A model generated the notes under the pieces. It saw nothing but the letters and a program-made list of their open reading frames with translations. It was not told where the DNA came from and made no database searches. Of a stretch of 64,000 bases of DNA, positions 25,388 to 37,662 are shown in pieces; the first letter of the stretch is position 1; each line of letters begins with the position of its first letter. Both the position numbers and the translations under genes were made by a program. Location of the stretch: positions 1-64,000 of the forward strand of contig CAZPQW010000011.1 of NCBI GenBank assembly GCA_964588985.1. The letters run 5' to 3'. Source of the stretch: an uncultured Solirubrobacteraceae bacterium (GTDB lineage Bacteria; Actinomycetota; Thermoleophilia; Solirubrobacterales; Solirubrobacteraceae).

Positions 25388-26259
25388 GTGGAGCGCGCCC
25401 CGCTGGAGTCCGTCGCGCCGATCGGCTCGAGGCGACGCTCGCGCCCGTCGAACACGCACAGCTCGCGCACGCCGAGGCTCTCGAGCAGCGCCAGCGCCTG
25501 GTCGTAGTCCGCGCCGACGTCCTCCGGCCGGTGCGCGTCGCTGGAGAGCGCGATCGGAGCGCCCGCGTCGAGGCACATCTCGAGGAACGCCTTGGACGGG
25601 TACATCTCCCCCACGGGCTTGCGCAGCCCTGCGGTGGACAGCTCGACCGCGATGCCGGTGTCGGCGATCGCTTCGATCGCGGGCTCGTAGTAGCGACGCA
25701 GGTCGCCCTCGGGCCGCGGGCGGTCGGGGCGGGCAGGGTGGGCGGGACTCCAGTACTTCACGAGATCCGGGTGGGCGAGGATGTCGAACAGGCCGCTGCG
25801 GGCGGCCTCGGCGATCGACTCGAAGTAGCGACGCCAGATCTCCTCGGCGCTGCGCCCGGAGCTCCACACGCCGTAGTCGTCCATGTCCACCGCGCCGTCG
25901 CGCAGGAAGTGCACCGAGCCGACGACGTAGTCGAAGTCGCGCGCCTGCAGCAGGTTCGCCATGCGGTCCTCCGCGCCGGGGACGAAGTCCGCCTCGATCC
26001 CCAGCCGCAGATCCGTCTGCTCGCGCACGAACGCGCAGTACTCGTCGATGTCGTCACTCGCGTTCGCACGCCAGAACGGGTGCGCCCACACGTCGAGCAC
26101 CTGGGTGAAGCGGTACACGTGCTCGGAGACGCCCAGCTCGGCGATCCCGCGCTCGCTCGCGGCGGCGCGGTAGCGCTCGGCGTTGGCCTGCGTGAAGTGC
26201 TCCGCGGCGGTGGAGTCGAGGCCGTCGGGCCGGAGGTGGAGGTGGTAGTCGGTGAGCAT
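25384..26259 (-). CDS. PHP-domain histidinol-phosphatase (HisJ/HisK family)
   Basis: DYHLH, SEH, GIEAD, DYVVGSVH, AHPDLVK and SSDAH.PEDVG. Confidence 0.88.
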   Translation of the reverse strand: MLTDYHLHLRPDGLDSTAAEHFTQANAERYRAAASERGIAELGVSEHVYRFTQVLDVWAHPFWRANASDDIDEYCAFVREQTDLRLGIEADFVPGAEDRMANLLQARDFDYVVGSVHFLRDGAVDMDDYGVWSSGRSAEEIWRRYFESIAEAARSGLFDILAHPDLVKYWSPAHPARPDRPRPEGDLRRYYEPAIEAIADTGIAVELSTAGLRKPVGEMYPSKAFLEMCLDAGAPIALSSDAHRPEDVGADYDQALALLESLGVRELCVFDGRERRLEPIGATDSSGARST

Positions 26260-26296
26260 CCTTGGCGGGTGCGATTCAAGCAGGAATCCGTGCGTG

Positions 26297-26968
26297 TCAA
26301 CCGCGGGAGCGCTCGGCAAGCAGCAACTCCGCCACGCGCAGGTCGGTCGGCGTGGTCACCTTGAGGTTCTCGTCGCTCGCGGCGACCACCAGCACCCTGC
26401 CGCCCGCCTGCTCGACGAGCCAGGCGTCGTCGCTGGCGCGCGCGAGCTCGTCCGCCGGCACGTCCAGGGCGCGCTCGAGCGCTCCGCGACGGAACACCTG
26501 CGGCGTCTGCACCGCCCACAGCTCGCCGCGATCGAGCGTTTCGCTGACCGCGCCCGCCGCGTCCACGCGCTTGATCGTGTCGGTGACGGGCACCGCGGCG
26601 ATCGCCGCGTCGGCGCTCGGGTCGCTCTCGAGCGCCGAGATCACCGCGCTGGCGAGCTCGACGCTCAGCAGCGGGCGCGCGGCGTCGTGGACAAGCACGA
26701 GCTGCTCGTCGCCGCCCTCCCCCGCCGCCGCGAGCGCTCTGCGCACGGAGTCCGAGCGCACCGCTCCGCCGTCGATGCCGGTGACACCAGCGGGGGCGGT
26801 GGTGCCCGGCGGGAGTGCCACAACGATCCGCTCGACGCCGCTCACCTGAGAGAGGACGTCGATGCTCCACTGCAGCAGCGGTCGGCCGGCGAGCTCGACG
26901 AGCGCCTTGGGCCTATCGGCTCCGAGGCGCTCGCCGCTGCCGGCGGCGACGATCAGTGCGACGGTCAT
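26297..26968 (-). CDS. ispD: 2-C-methyl-D-erythritol 4-phosphate cytidylyltransferase
   Basis: AAGSGERLG..PKA, VLVHDAARP, VQTPQVF and NLKVTTPTDL. Confidence 0.96.
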   Translation of the reverse strand: MTVALIVAAGSGERLGADRPKALVELAGRPLLQWSIDVLSQVSGVERIVVALPPGTTAPAGVTGIDGGAVRSDSVRRALAAAGEGGDEQLVLVHDAARPLLSVELASAVISALESDPSADAAIAAVPVTDTIKRVDAAGAVSETLDRGELWAVQTPQVFRRGALERALDVPADELARASDDAWLVEQAGGRVLVVAASDENLKVTTPTDLRVAELLLAERSRG

Positions 26969-27045
26969 CGCGGATGAACACTAGAGCTGTCGCGCACGCG
27001 GCAATGAGACCCGCGACGGGTGCTGCCGCGTGCGCGAAAGCCTGG

Positions 27046-27633
27046 CTACTTGGCGCCAGCCACTGCCATCTGGCTGGTGGCCGAGTCGGCGAGCAGCTCG
27101 TCGAGGTAGTTCTCGGCCTCTTCCTCGTCCTTGTCGAGCGCGTACATCAGCTCGGAGGCGAGGATCTTCTTGGTGCGGGTGTACATCTGCTTCTCGCCGG
27201 TGGACAGCCCCTTCTCGCTCTCACGCAGCGAGAGGTTGCGCACGACCTCGGCCAGCTCGTAGATGTCGCCCGTCTTGATCTTGTCGCGGTTGTGCTTGAA
27301 GCGGCGGTTCCAGTTCTTCGGCATCTCCGAGACCTCGTCGCGGAGCACGTCGAGAACCTTTTTCACGGTTTCCTCGTCGATGACCCTGCGCAGGCCGGCG
27401 ATGGCCGCGTTCTCGGTGGGCACGCGGACGGTCATGTCGTTGTGGAGGATCTTGATCGTGAGGTACTCACGGCGTTCGCCGAGGACCTCCATCTCCTCCT
27501 TCTTCAACACCTTGCCCGCACCGTGATGGGGATACACGACTTGGTCACCGAGCTCGAACTCGATGTATTCGACCTCGCGTGTGACCTCGAGGTCGTCTGC
27601 GAGCGCTGCTTCTTCGGTTGCTTGTGCGGGAAT
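27046..27633 (-). CDS. carD: CarD family transcriptional regulator (apparent ATT start)
   Basis: FELGDQVVYPHHGAG, NWNRRFK, LAEVVRNL and LSTGEK; SD AAGGAGG 6 nt before an in-frame ATT at 27633. Confidence 0.9.
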   Translation of the reverse strand: MPAQATEEAALADDLEVTREVEYIEFELGDQVVYPHHGAGKVLKKEEMEVLGERREYLTIKILHNDMTVRVPTENAAIAGLRRVIDEETVKKVLDVLRDEVSEMPKNWNRRFKHNRDKIKTGDIYELAEVVRNLSLRESEKGLSTGEKQMYTRTKKILASELMYALDKDEEEAENYLDELLADSATSQMAVAGAK

Positions 27634-27679
27634 GGGTGTCCTCCTTCGTTGCGACCGACCATCATGGTCGGCTCTTTAC

Positions 27680-28789
27680 TCAAGTCTGTAGGTAGCGATC
27701 CACGAGGTTGAGCTCCTGCAGCCTGCGCAGGCCCTCGCGGATGTCCTTGGCGCGGATCTCGCCCACGCCCTCGACGCTCTCGAGCTCTGAGTCGCCGGCG
27801 GCGAGCAGCTCGTCCAGGCCGCCGAACTCGCTGACGATCTGCGAGACGACGATCTTGGGAAGTCTGGGTATACGCCCGAGCACGCGGTAGCCGCGCGGTG
27901 AGACGGGATAGTCGAGCGTGTTGAGCTTGCGGTCGTAGCCGAGCAGCTCCGCCAGTCGGCCGAAGTCGAGCAGGTCCTGGTGGGCGAGCCGGCCGATCTC
28001 CTCGAGCGCGGGCGCGAACGCCTCGTCGGAGTAGTTCGACAGGTAGTCCCGCACGAGCGCGGCCTTCTCCGCCGCCGCGCCGACCATCGTCTCCTCGAGC
28101 TGCATCTCGATCAGCCGTCCCTCGCTGCCGAGCTCCACGATGTAGCGCTCGATCTCGACCGCCATGCGCGTCACGAGCTCCGAGCGCTGCAGCACCGTGA
28201 GCACGTCGTGCAGGGTGGCGCCGCCCTCGAACTCGAGCGCGGTCAAGCGCGTGGAGACCTGGTCGAGGCGGGTGCGGAACTTGTCGAGCGTGGCGAGCGC
28301 CTGGTTGGCCTTGGCGAGCACGATCGGGATGTCTTCGAGGATGTACTTGACGCCGTCCACGTACACCGAGACGACCTCGCGGCGCTGGGAGACGGCGATC
28401 ACGAGCGCGTCGGTCTGCTTGGAGACGCGCTCGGCGGTCCTGTGCCTGGTGCCGGTCTCGTGCGAGAGGATCGTCGGATCGGGCATCAGCTGCACGTTCG
28501 CCATCGTGATCTTGGTGGCGTTCGCGTTGAGGATGATCGCCCCGTCCATCTTGGCGATCTGGTACAGGAACGCGGGGGTGTAGTCGATGTCGAGCTTGAT
28601 CCCGCCGGAGTTGAGGAAGCTGAGGTCCTCGGGCTCGCCGATCACGATCAAACCGCCCGTGCGCGCGTGCAGGATGCTCTCGATGCCCTCCCGCAGCGCG
28701 GTGCCGGGCGCAATCATCTCCAGCGCCCTCATCAGCCCTGGATCCGGTCGTACTTCGTTGTCTTGATCTTCGCCGGATCGTGGAGCCAC
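27680..28789 (-). CDS. disA: DNA integrity scanning diadenylate cyclase DisA
   Basis: APGTALREG, KMDGAI, ETGTRHRTAER and C-terminal HhH VEGVG. Confidence 0.96.
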   Translation of the reverse strand: MAPRSGEDQDNEVRPDPGLMRALEMIAPGTALREGIESILHARTGGLIVIGEPEDLSFLNSGGIKLDIDYTPAFLYQIAKMDGAIILNANATKITMANVQLMPDPTILSHETGTRHRTAERVSKQTDALVIAVSQRREVVSVYVDGVKYILEDIPIVLAKANQALATLDKFRTRLDQVSTRLTALEFEGGATLHDVLTVLQRSELVTRMAVEIERYIVELGSEGRLIEMQLEETMVGAAAEKAALVRDYLSNYSDEAFAPALEEIGRLAHQDLLDFGRLAELLGYDRKLNTLDYPVSPRGYRVLGRIPRLPKIVVSQIVSEFGGLDELLAAGDSELESVEGVGEIRAKDIREGLRRLQELNLVDRYLQT

Positions 28790-28858
28790 GATCCCTCATT
28801 CTAGGGCATTCGGCGATCTCTCAGCCGCTCGTACACTGGGGACACCCCAGGCCAGAAA

Positions 28859-30370
28859 CTATTGCTGCGCCTGGCATTCCCCGCCGTCCTCGCGCGCCAG
28901 CGCCAACGGGCGCCGCTCGGACGATCCGACCAGCGCGATCGGCGCGCCTTCCCGCTCTGGGACCCGCTGGCCTCCCCTGCCGTTCGGAGAGGAGCCCGGC
29001 AGCGCCGCCGCGAGGGCCTGGCGCAAGGTCGCGACCTCGCACGCCGCGCCTCCGCTCTCGACGGGCGCGATCACGCCGCTGAGGCCGTGCTTGGCGGCCT
29101 CTTCGAGGCGTCGCTCGGGATGCCCCACCCAGCGCAGCTCGCCCGTCAGCCCGAGCTCGCCGAAGCACGCTCGCGGAGAGCCCTTCAAAGGCACGCCGCG
29201 ACTCGCGCTGGCGACCGCGAGCGCAACCGCGAGGTCGCACCCCGGCTCGTCCACTCGGACCCCGCCGACGACGTTTACGAACACGTCCGCCGCGCCGGTG
29301 CGCACGTTGCCGTGCCGACCGAGGATCGCCAACACGAGCGCGAGCCGATTGCGATCGAGGCCGGAGACGACCCTGCGCGGCTGTTCGAGCTCTGAGGGCG
29401 CCACCAGCGCCTGCACCTCCACGAGCAGGGGCCGAGATCCCTCCATCGCGGCGAGCACCACGCTCCCGGGGGCGCGGGTGGCCTCGGCGACGAACCTCGC
29501 GGAGGCGTCGAGCACCTCCACCAGGCCGCCCTGGCGCATCTCGAAGAGGCCCGACTCGTTGGTCGAGCCGAAGCGGTTCTTCAGCGCTCGCAGTTCGCGG
29601 TAGGGCCGCTCGCGTTCGCCTTCGAACTGCAGCACGCAGTCGACCATGTGCTCGAGCACGCGCGGACCCGCGAGCGCCCCGTCCTTGGTCACGTGCCCGA
29701 CGAGGATCACCGCCACGCCCTGCGCCTTCGCGAGCTGCATGATCCGGCCCGCTACCTCGCGCACCTGCCCCACCGAGCCGGGGGCGCCGGAGAGCTCAGC
29801 CGCGCAGAGCGTCTGCACCGAGTCAATCACGCACACCTGCGGCGCCTCCGCCGCGAGCGTATCGAGCACGGTGTCGAGGTCGGTCTCCGCGAGGATCGGG
29901 ACGAACAAGGCGCCGGGGGCGAGCCGCTCCGCGCGCAGCCTCACCTGCTCGGCTGACTCCTCGCCGCTTACGTAGAGCGTCCTGTGACCCGACTGCTGCA
30001 GATGGCCGAGCACCATGTTCGTGAGCGTCGACTTGCCGATTCCGGGCGATCCGCCGAGCAGCACGAGCGATCCCGGCACCAGGCCCCCGCCCAGCACGCG
30101 GTCGAGCTCGCCGATGCCGGTCGACATGCGCTTGACCGGGTCCGCGCCCACCTCCCGCAGCGGCAACGGCACGACCGTCCCGCCACCGCCTGTTCCACTC
30201 GCTGCGCGCTCTGAGCGCCGTGCGGCGCTCGCGCCACGCCCCCCCGCGCGCTTCGGCGCGATCGACTCCTCCACGAGCGTATTCCACGCCTCACACCCAG
30301 GGCACTGCCCGTGCCACTGCGCGGACTGAAAGCCGCACTGCGAGCAGACGTGGATGGTCGTACGGGCCAT
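28859..30370 (-). CDS. radA: DNA repair protein RadA/Sms
   Basis: C4 zinc finger, GSPGIGKSTL and KNRFG. Confidence 0.96.
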   Translation of the reverse strand: MARTTIHVCSQCGFQSAQWHGQCPGCEAWNTLVEESIAPKRAGGRGASAARRSERAASGTGGGGTVVPLPLREVGADPVKRMSTGIGELDRVLGGGLVPGSLVLLGGSPGIGKSTLTNMVLGHLQQSGHRTLYVSGEESAEQVRLRAERLAPGALFVPILAETDLDTVLDTLAAEAPQVCVIDSVQTLCAAELSGAPGSVGQVREVAGRIMQLAKAQGVAVILVGHVTKDGALAGPRVLEHMVDCVLQFEGERERPYRELRALKNRFGSTNESGLFEMRQGGLVEVLDASARFVAEATRAPGSVVLAAMEGSRPLLVEVQALVAPSELEQPRRVVSGLDRNRLALVLAILGRHGNVRTGAADVFVNVVGGVRVDEPGCDLAVALAVASASRGVPLKGSPRACFGELGLTGELRWVGHPERRLEEAAKHGLSGVIAPVESGGAACEVATLRQALAAALPGSSPNGRGGQRVPEREGAPIALVGSSERRPLALAREDGGECQAQQ

Positions 30371-30400
30371 CCGGCCAGGTTACGGGCCGGCGGGGACGGC

Positions 30401-30919
30401 TCAGCCGTCGCCCACGACGGGGCTGCGGCGCTCGTAGAGGGCAACGTCGCGCCAGCGTCCGTCGGGCATCTGCCCGACCCGCCTGCGTACCCCCACGAGC
30501 GTGAAGCCGCAGCTCTCGTGCAGGGCGACGCTGGCCGTGTTCTCGGGGAAGATGCCCGCCTCGACCGTCCAGAACCCCGCCGCCTCGGAGCTCTCGATCA
30601 AGCCTTCGAGCAGCGTGTGCCCGACGCCGCGGCGTGTGTGCTCGGGAGCGACGTAGATGCTCACCGCGCCCACTCCGCGATAGACGTGGCGGCTGGATAC
30701 CCGACTGAGCGCCGCCCAGCCGAGGATCTCTCCGTCGGCGGCACGGGCGACGACCCCGGGCAGACCGGCACGCACGCTCGACCACTGCTCCCACGTGGGA
30801 GCAGCGGGCTCGAATGTGGCGTTACCGCCGAGGATCCCAGCTTCGTAGATGCGTGCGGCGGCAGGCCACTCCTCGGCCGTAAGAGACGCCAGGAGGACCC
30901 GATCGAGATTGGCGCCCAG
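30401..30919 (-). CDS. GNAT acetyltransferase (phosphinothricin/methionine-sulfoximine acetyltransferase-like); start codon uncertain
   Basis: In-frame WPAAARIYEAGI..NATFE lies upstream of the first GTG (30775); also RRGVG and IFPENTASVALHESCGF..VG. Best start is CTG 30919. Confidence 0.8.
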   Translation of the reverse strand: MGANLDRVLLASLTAEEWPAAARIYEAGILGGNATFEPAAPTWEQWSSVRAGLPGVVARAADGEILGWAALSRVSSRHVYRGVGAVSIYVAPEHTRRGVGHTLLEGLIESSEAAGFWTVEAGIFPENTASVALHESCGFTLVGVRRRVGQMPDGRWRDVALYERRSPVVGDG

Positions 30920-30930
30920 CGGTGCCGCGC

Positions 30931-33513
<2,583 letters not shown>

Positions 33514-33581
33514 TGTGTGATCCCTTCCTGCTTGGACGGTGCCTCAAGGAGCTTTTGTGGTCCGGATAACGCCTGTGGAGC

Positions 33582-33590
33582 AGTCTACCA
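33582..33590 (-). promoter_or_regulatory. Extended -10 promoter (TGGTAGACT) for clpC
   Basis: TGn-TAGACT about 70 nt upstream of the clpC ATG. Confidence 0.5.
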
Positions 33591-33662
33591 ATCGGTCCCC
33601 CTGCTCTAACGGGGTCATCGGCAGCGGGGGGTCCCGGCTTGATCGACGCCCGATCAGAACCC

Positions 33663-35165
33663 TCAGTCGCGCATCGCGGGGAACAGCACGACCTCGCGGA
33701 TCGAGTCGCGCCCGGTCAGCAGCATCACCAGCCGGTCGACACCGAGGCCGACGCCTCCCGCCGGCGGCATCCCCTGCTCGAGCGCCTGCACGAACAGCTC
33801 GTCGTAGGGCTGGACCTCCTCCTCGCCGAGCGTCGCGAGCCGCTGCTGGGCCTCGAAGCGCTCGCGCTGGATGTCCGGATCGGTTAGCTCGCTGAACGCG
33901 TTGGCGATCTCCATGCCGCCCGCGAATGCCTCCCAGCGCTCCACCAGGCCGGGCCTGGAGCGGTGCTGGCGCGCGAACGGCGAGAGCTCCACGGGGTAAT
34001 CCATGACGAACGTCGGCTGCACGAGCGTCGGCTCCACGAACTTCGACAGCAGGTCGTCGGCCATCTGCTCCCAGCTGGCGTCCTCGGTGCGTATCTCGAG
34101 ACCCCGCTGGAGGATCTCCGCACGAAGCGCCTCCGTGTCTCCAGCAACCGAGATGTCGATGCCGGTGGCCTCGGCGATCGACTCCACGAAGCCCACTCGC
34201 CGCCACGGCTCGGAGAAGTCGATCTCACCCGCGTAGTCGATCGCGTGTGCCGCTCCGCGCACGATCGCTTCCAGGCGCGCGGCCGCGTCGTTGTAGTCGG
34301 CGTAGGCCTCGTAGAACTCGACCATCGTGAACTCGGGGTTGTGCTTGGAGGAGACGCCCTCGTTGCGGAAGTCCTTGCCCAGCTCGTACACCCGCTCGAG
34401 TCCGCCGACGATCAGGCGCTTGAGGTAAAGCTCGGTGGCGATCCGCAGGTACAGCGTGCGCTCGAGCGCGTTGTGGTGGGTCGTGAACGGCCGCGCGAGC
34501 GCGCCGCCGTAGAGCGGCTGCAGCACCGGCGTTTCGACCTCCAGGAAACCAGCGCCGTCAAGGTAGGCACGCACCGCGGAAACGATCCGCGCGCGGTCGG
34601 CGAACAGCCGGCGGGCCTCCTCGCTGGAGATCAGGTCGAGCTCGCGCCGGCGGTAGCGCAGCTGCACGTCGCTCAGGCCCGCGTGCTTGTCCGGCGGCGG
34701 ACGCAGCGCCTTCGCGAGGATCTGAAAGCCCTGCACCCGCAGCGAGATCTCGCCGCGACGGCTGCGCAGCGCGGCGCCGTCCACGCCGAGGATGTCGCCC
34801 ACGTCGAGCGAGGTCAGCCGCTCGAACGCCTCCTCGCCGAGCACGTCGATCCGCGCGTGCAGCTGGATCTTGCCGGTGCGGTCGACCACGTCCAGGAACG
34901 CCATCTTGCCCGCCTCCCGGCGCGCCGCGATCCTGCCCGCCACGCGATGGGCGTCATCGGTTTCCTCCCCGCTCTCCAGGTGCGCGTACGCCGCGAGGAC
35001 GTCCGCGATCGGCTCCGCGTCGGGGAATGAGTAGGGGAACGCGTCGGGGTCCGCCTCGCGCAGACGCTCGGCCTTGGCGCGACGCTCCGCGATCAGCTCG
35101 TTGAGGCCGTGCCTGCTCGACTCGCCCTCCGGCTGCTCCTCGGGCGGTTGCTCGGTTCCGCTCAC
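33663..35165 (-). CDS. lysS: Lysine--tRNA ligase (class II)
   Basis: YRRRELDL, GGALARPF, LRIATELYLKRL, FRNEG and GVGLGVDRL. Confidence 0.97.
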   Translation of the reverse strand: MSGTEQPPEEQPEGESSRHGLNELIAERRAKAERLREADPDAFPYSFPDAEPIADVLAAYAHLESGEETDDAHRVAGRIAARREAGKMAFLDVVDRTGKIQLHARIDVLGEEAFERLTSLDVGDILGVDGAALRSRRGEISLRVQGFQILAKALRPPPDKHAGLSDVQLRYRRRELDLISSEEARRLFADRARIVSAVRAYLDGAGFLEVETPVLQPLYGGALARPFTTHHNALERTLYLRIATELYLKRLIVGGLERVYELGKDFRNEGVSSKHNPEFTMVEFYEAYADYNDAAARLEAIVRGAAHAIDYAGEIDFSEPWRRVGFVESIAEATGIDISVAGDTEALRAEILQRGLEIRTEDASWEQMADDLLSKFVEPTLVQPTFVMDYPVELSPFARQHRSRPGLVERWEAFAGGMEIANAFSELTDPDIQRERFEAQQRLATLGEEEVQPYDELFVQALEQGMPPAGGVGLGVDRLVMLLTGRDSIREVVLFPAMRD

Positions 35166-35175
35166 CGCGGCGAGC

Positions 35176-35661
35176 CTACTCGAGGCCGACGTCGATCTTG
35201 GTGATCTTGAGCTTGCGCGCCGGGCCTTTGGGGACCTGCACGGCGACGGTGTCGTTGCGCTTGTGGCCGATCAGCGCGCGACCCACCGGAGACTCGTTGG
35301 AGAGCTTGTATTCGTCGGGCTTGGCCTCCGCCGAGCCGACGATCGTGTATTTGACCGACTTGCCGGTCTTTTCGTCCTTGACGTGCACCACCGAACCGAC
35401 CTGCACGACATCGGTGGAGAGGTCTTTGGCCTGGATGACCGTGGCCATGCGGAGCTTCTCCTGCAGCTGGGCGATGCGGCTCTCGACCATCGCCTGCTCG
35501 TTCTTGGCGTCGTCGTACTCGGAGTTCTCGGAGATGTCCCCGAACTCTCGGGCCTCCTTGATGCGCTGGGCTACCTCTTTGCGCTTCTCGGTTGAGAGCA
35601 GCTCAAGCTCGTCCTGCAGCTTCTGAAGACCTTCGGGGGTGAGGATGACGTCCTTCGGCAT
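35176..35661 (-). CDS. greA: Transcription elongation factor GreA
   Basis: AREFGDISENSEYDDAKNEQ and SNESPVGRALIG. Confidence 0.96.
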   Translation of the reverse strand: MPKDVILTPEGLQKLQDELELLSTEKRKEVAQRIKEAREFGDISENSEYDDAKNEQAMVESRIAQLQEKLRMATVIQAKDLSTDVVQVGSVVHVKDEKTGKSVKYTIVGSAEAKPDEYKLSNESPVGRALIGHKRNDTVAVQVPKGPARKLKITKIDVGLE

Positions 35662-35709
35662 GTTGGCGGGCGGGACTCGATTCCACGGGTTGATGGCGCG
35701 TCCGACGGC

Positions 35710-35734
35710 ACACAAAACCCCGCTCGCGGCGGGG
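35710..35734 (-). terminator. Intrinsic terminator in the greA leader
   Basis: Minus strand CCCCGC-CGCGA-GCGGGG-TTTTGTGT, lying between -10 TATACT (35768-35773) and the greA start. Confidence 0.65.
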
Positions 35735-35814
35735 ATGTCAGCGGCCGGAGGCTTCAGCGAGCGCAGCAGTATAGCGGGGGGCTGGGTCCGCCGGGCAGGA
35801 ACGCAGAACGTGCC

Positions 35815-36852
35815 TCAGACCGCCACTGCCGGAGCCATCGGCTGGAGCTGGAGCGCGCTCCTGACCTGCTCCAGCGTGTCCGCACTCTGCAGCGATTCCT
35901 GCAGCGACTTGGCATCACGCGAGGGCAGCTGCAGACCCACTACATACCAGGGGTAGAACTTGCGCAAGTAGCGCGTCGCGCGCAGCTCGCCGAGATGCTC
36001 GACGGCGCACTCGATCGTCCAGTCGAGCTCCTCCAGGACCTCGGCACGCGTGGGACCGTGCTCGCGTGTTCCGAGGAGCTGCGCGAAGAGCCACGGGTTG
36101 CCGAGCGCTCCACGCGCGAGCATCACCGCCGCCGCGCCGGTCAGCTCGAAGGCCTCGCGCGCATGCTCGGCGTCACTGAGCCCGCCGGTGAGGATCACGG
36201 GCGCGTCGAGCGAGTCAACCAGCTGGCGCGCCAGCTCGTAGTCGGGTACGCCCTTGTGATGGACGGCCGCGGAGCGGGGGTGGAACGCGATCGCCGCGAC
36301 CCCCGCCTCCTCGACCAGCCGGTGCGCGACCTCGAAGCCACTCGTGTCTCCCGCTCGCAGCCCCGAGCGCAGCTTGACCGTCACGGGAATTCCGCCCACG
36401 CCGCCCGCGCCCTCGACCGTCGCGCTCGCGACCGCCACCGCACGATCCGGGTCGGCGAGCAGCGCGGCGCCGGCGCCGGTCTTGCGGACCTTCGGGACCG
36501 GGCAGCCCATGTTGATGTCGATCGCGTCCGCGCCCAGCCCCGCCACGTGCGCCGCCGCCTCGCGCATCGTCGCGGGGTCTTCGCCGAACAGCTGGATCGA
36601 CACCGGCCCGCCCTCGCGCTCGCGCGGGTCGATGCGCAGCATCTCGTTGCAGGTCCGCTCGTTGCCGTAGTGGATCGCGTGAGAGGAGACCATCTCCGAG
36701 AACGCCATGCCCGCGCCGTAGCGCTTCGCCTGCAGGCGCACGAACCAGTTGCCGATACCCGCCAGCGGGGCGAGCATCACTCGGTTGGGGACGCGCAGCG
36801 GGCCGAGCGTCCATGAGTCGGTGAGCGACCTCGAGTCGGGCATCTCCCCCAT
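35815..36852 (-). CDS. dusB: tRNA dihydrouridine synthase DusB
   Basis: LAPLAG, IDINMGCPVPKV, PVTVKLRSG and RGALGNPWLF. Confidence 0.93.
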   Translation of the reverse strand: MGEMPDSRSLTDSWTLGPLRVPNRVMLAPLAGIGNWFVRLQAKRYGAGMAFSEMVSSHAIHYGNERTCNEMLRIDPREREGGPVSIQLFGEDPATMREAAAHVAGLGADAIDINMGCPVPKVRKTGAGAALLADPDRAVAVASATVEGAGGVGGIPVTVKLRSGLRAGDTSGFEVAHRLVEEAGVAAIAFHPRSAAVHHKGVPDYELARQLVDSLDAPVILTGGLSDAEHAREAFELTGAAAVMLARGALGNPWLFAQLLGTREHGPTRAEVLEELDWTIECAVEHLGELRATRYLRKFYPWYVVGLQLPSRDAKSLQESLQSADTLEQVRSALQLQPMAPAVAV

Positions 36853-36874
36853 TGTTACGAGCCGCGACGACCGC

Positions 36875-37639
36875 TCAGGAGTTGCGCTCGTGCAACAACC
36901 GTAGCCCGGTGAGCGTGAGCAGGTCGTCGACCTCCTCGATCTCCTCGGCGTACGGCACCACCAGTCGGGCGAGGCCGCCGGTGGCGATCACGTCGGTGCG
37001 TTCGCCGAGCTCGTCGTACAGCCGCCTGAGGATCGCGTCTATGGCGCCCGCGTAGCCGAACACGACCCCGGAGCGGATCGCGTCGATGGTGTTCTTGCCG
37101 ATCACGCTCTTCGGCGGAGCGAGGTCGATCTTGGGCAGGCGCGCGCCGCGCTCGGAGAGCGCTTCGAGGGAGATCTCGATGCCGGTCATCAGCGCGCCGC
37201 CCAGATACTCGCTGTCGCGTGAGACCACGTCGAAGGTGGTGGCGGTGCCGAAGTCCACGCACACCGCCGCGCCGCCGAAGCGCTCGCGGATGGCAACCGC
37301 GTTGACGAGCCTGTCGGCGCCGATCTCGCGAGGGTTGTCGTAGCGGATTGCCATCCCGGTCTTCGTCCCGGGGCCGACGGCGAGCATCTCGTGCCCTAGG
37401 TAGCGACCCGCCATCTCCGTCCACTCGGGCTCCAACTGAGGAACGGTCGAAGACACGATCGACGCTTTCAGGTCGGCGAATCCGTAGCCGCGCAGCTCGA
37501 GCAGATTTCGCAGCGCCGCGCCCAGCTCGTCAGCGGTGGACTGGCGCACGGTGGCGAAACGCCAGTGCTCGAGCAGCTCATCGCCCTCATAGGCGCCAAA
37601 GTGGGTCTGCGTGTTTCCGACGTCGACGGCGAGCAGCAT
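36875..37639 (-). CDS. coaX: Type III pantothenate kinase
   Basis: AVDVGNT, IGADRLVN, VDFGTATT and TGG. Confidence 0.96.
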   Translation of the reverse strand: MLLAVDVGNTQTHFGAYEGDELLEHWRFATVRQSTADELGAALRNLLELRGYGFADLKASIVSSTVPQLEPEWTEMAGRYLGHEMLAVGPGTKTGMAIRYDNPREIGADRLVNAVAIRERFGGAAVCVDFGTATTFDVVSRDSEYLGGALMTGIEISLEALSERGARLPKIDLAPPKSVIGKNTIDAIRSGVVFGYAGAIDAILRRLYDELGERTDVIATGGLARLVVPYAEEIEEVDDLLTLTGLRLLHERNS

Positions 37640-37662
37640 CGGCGACCATTATGCTCGGCACG

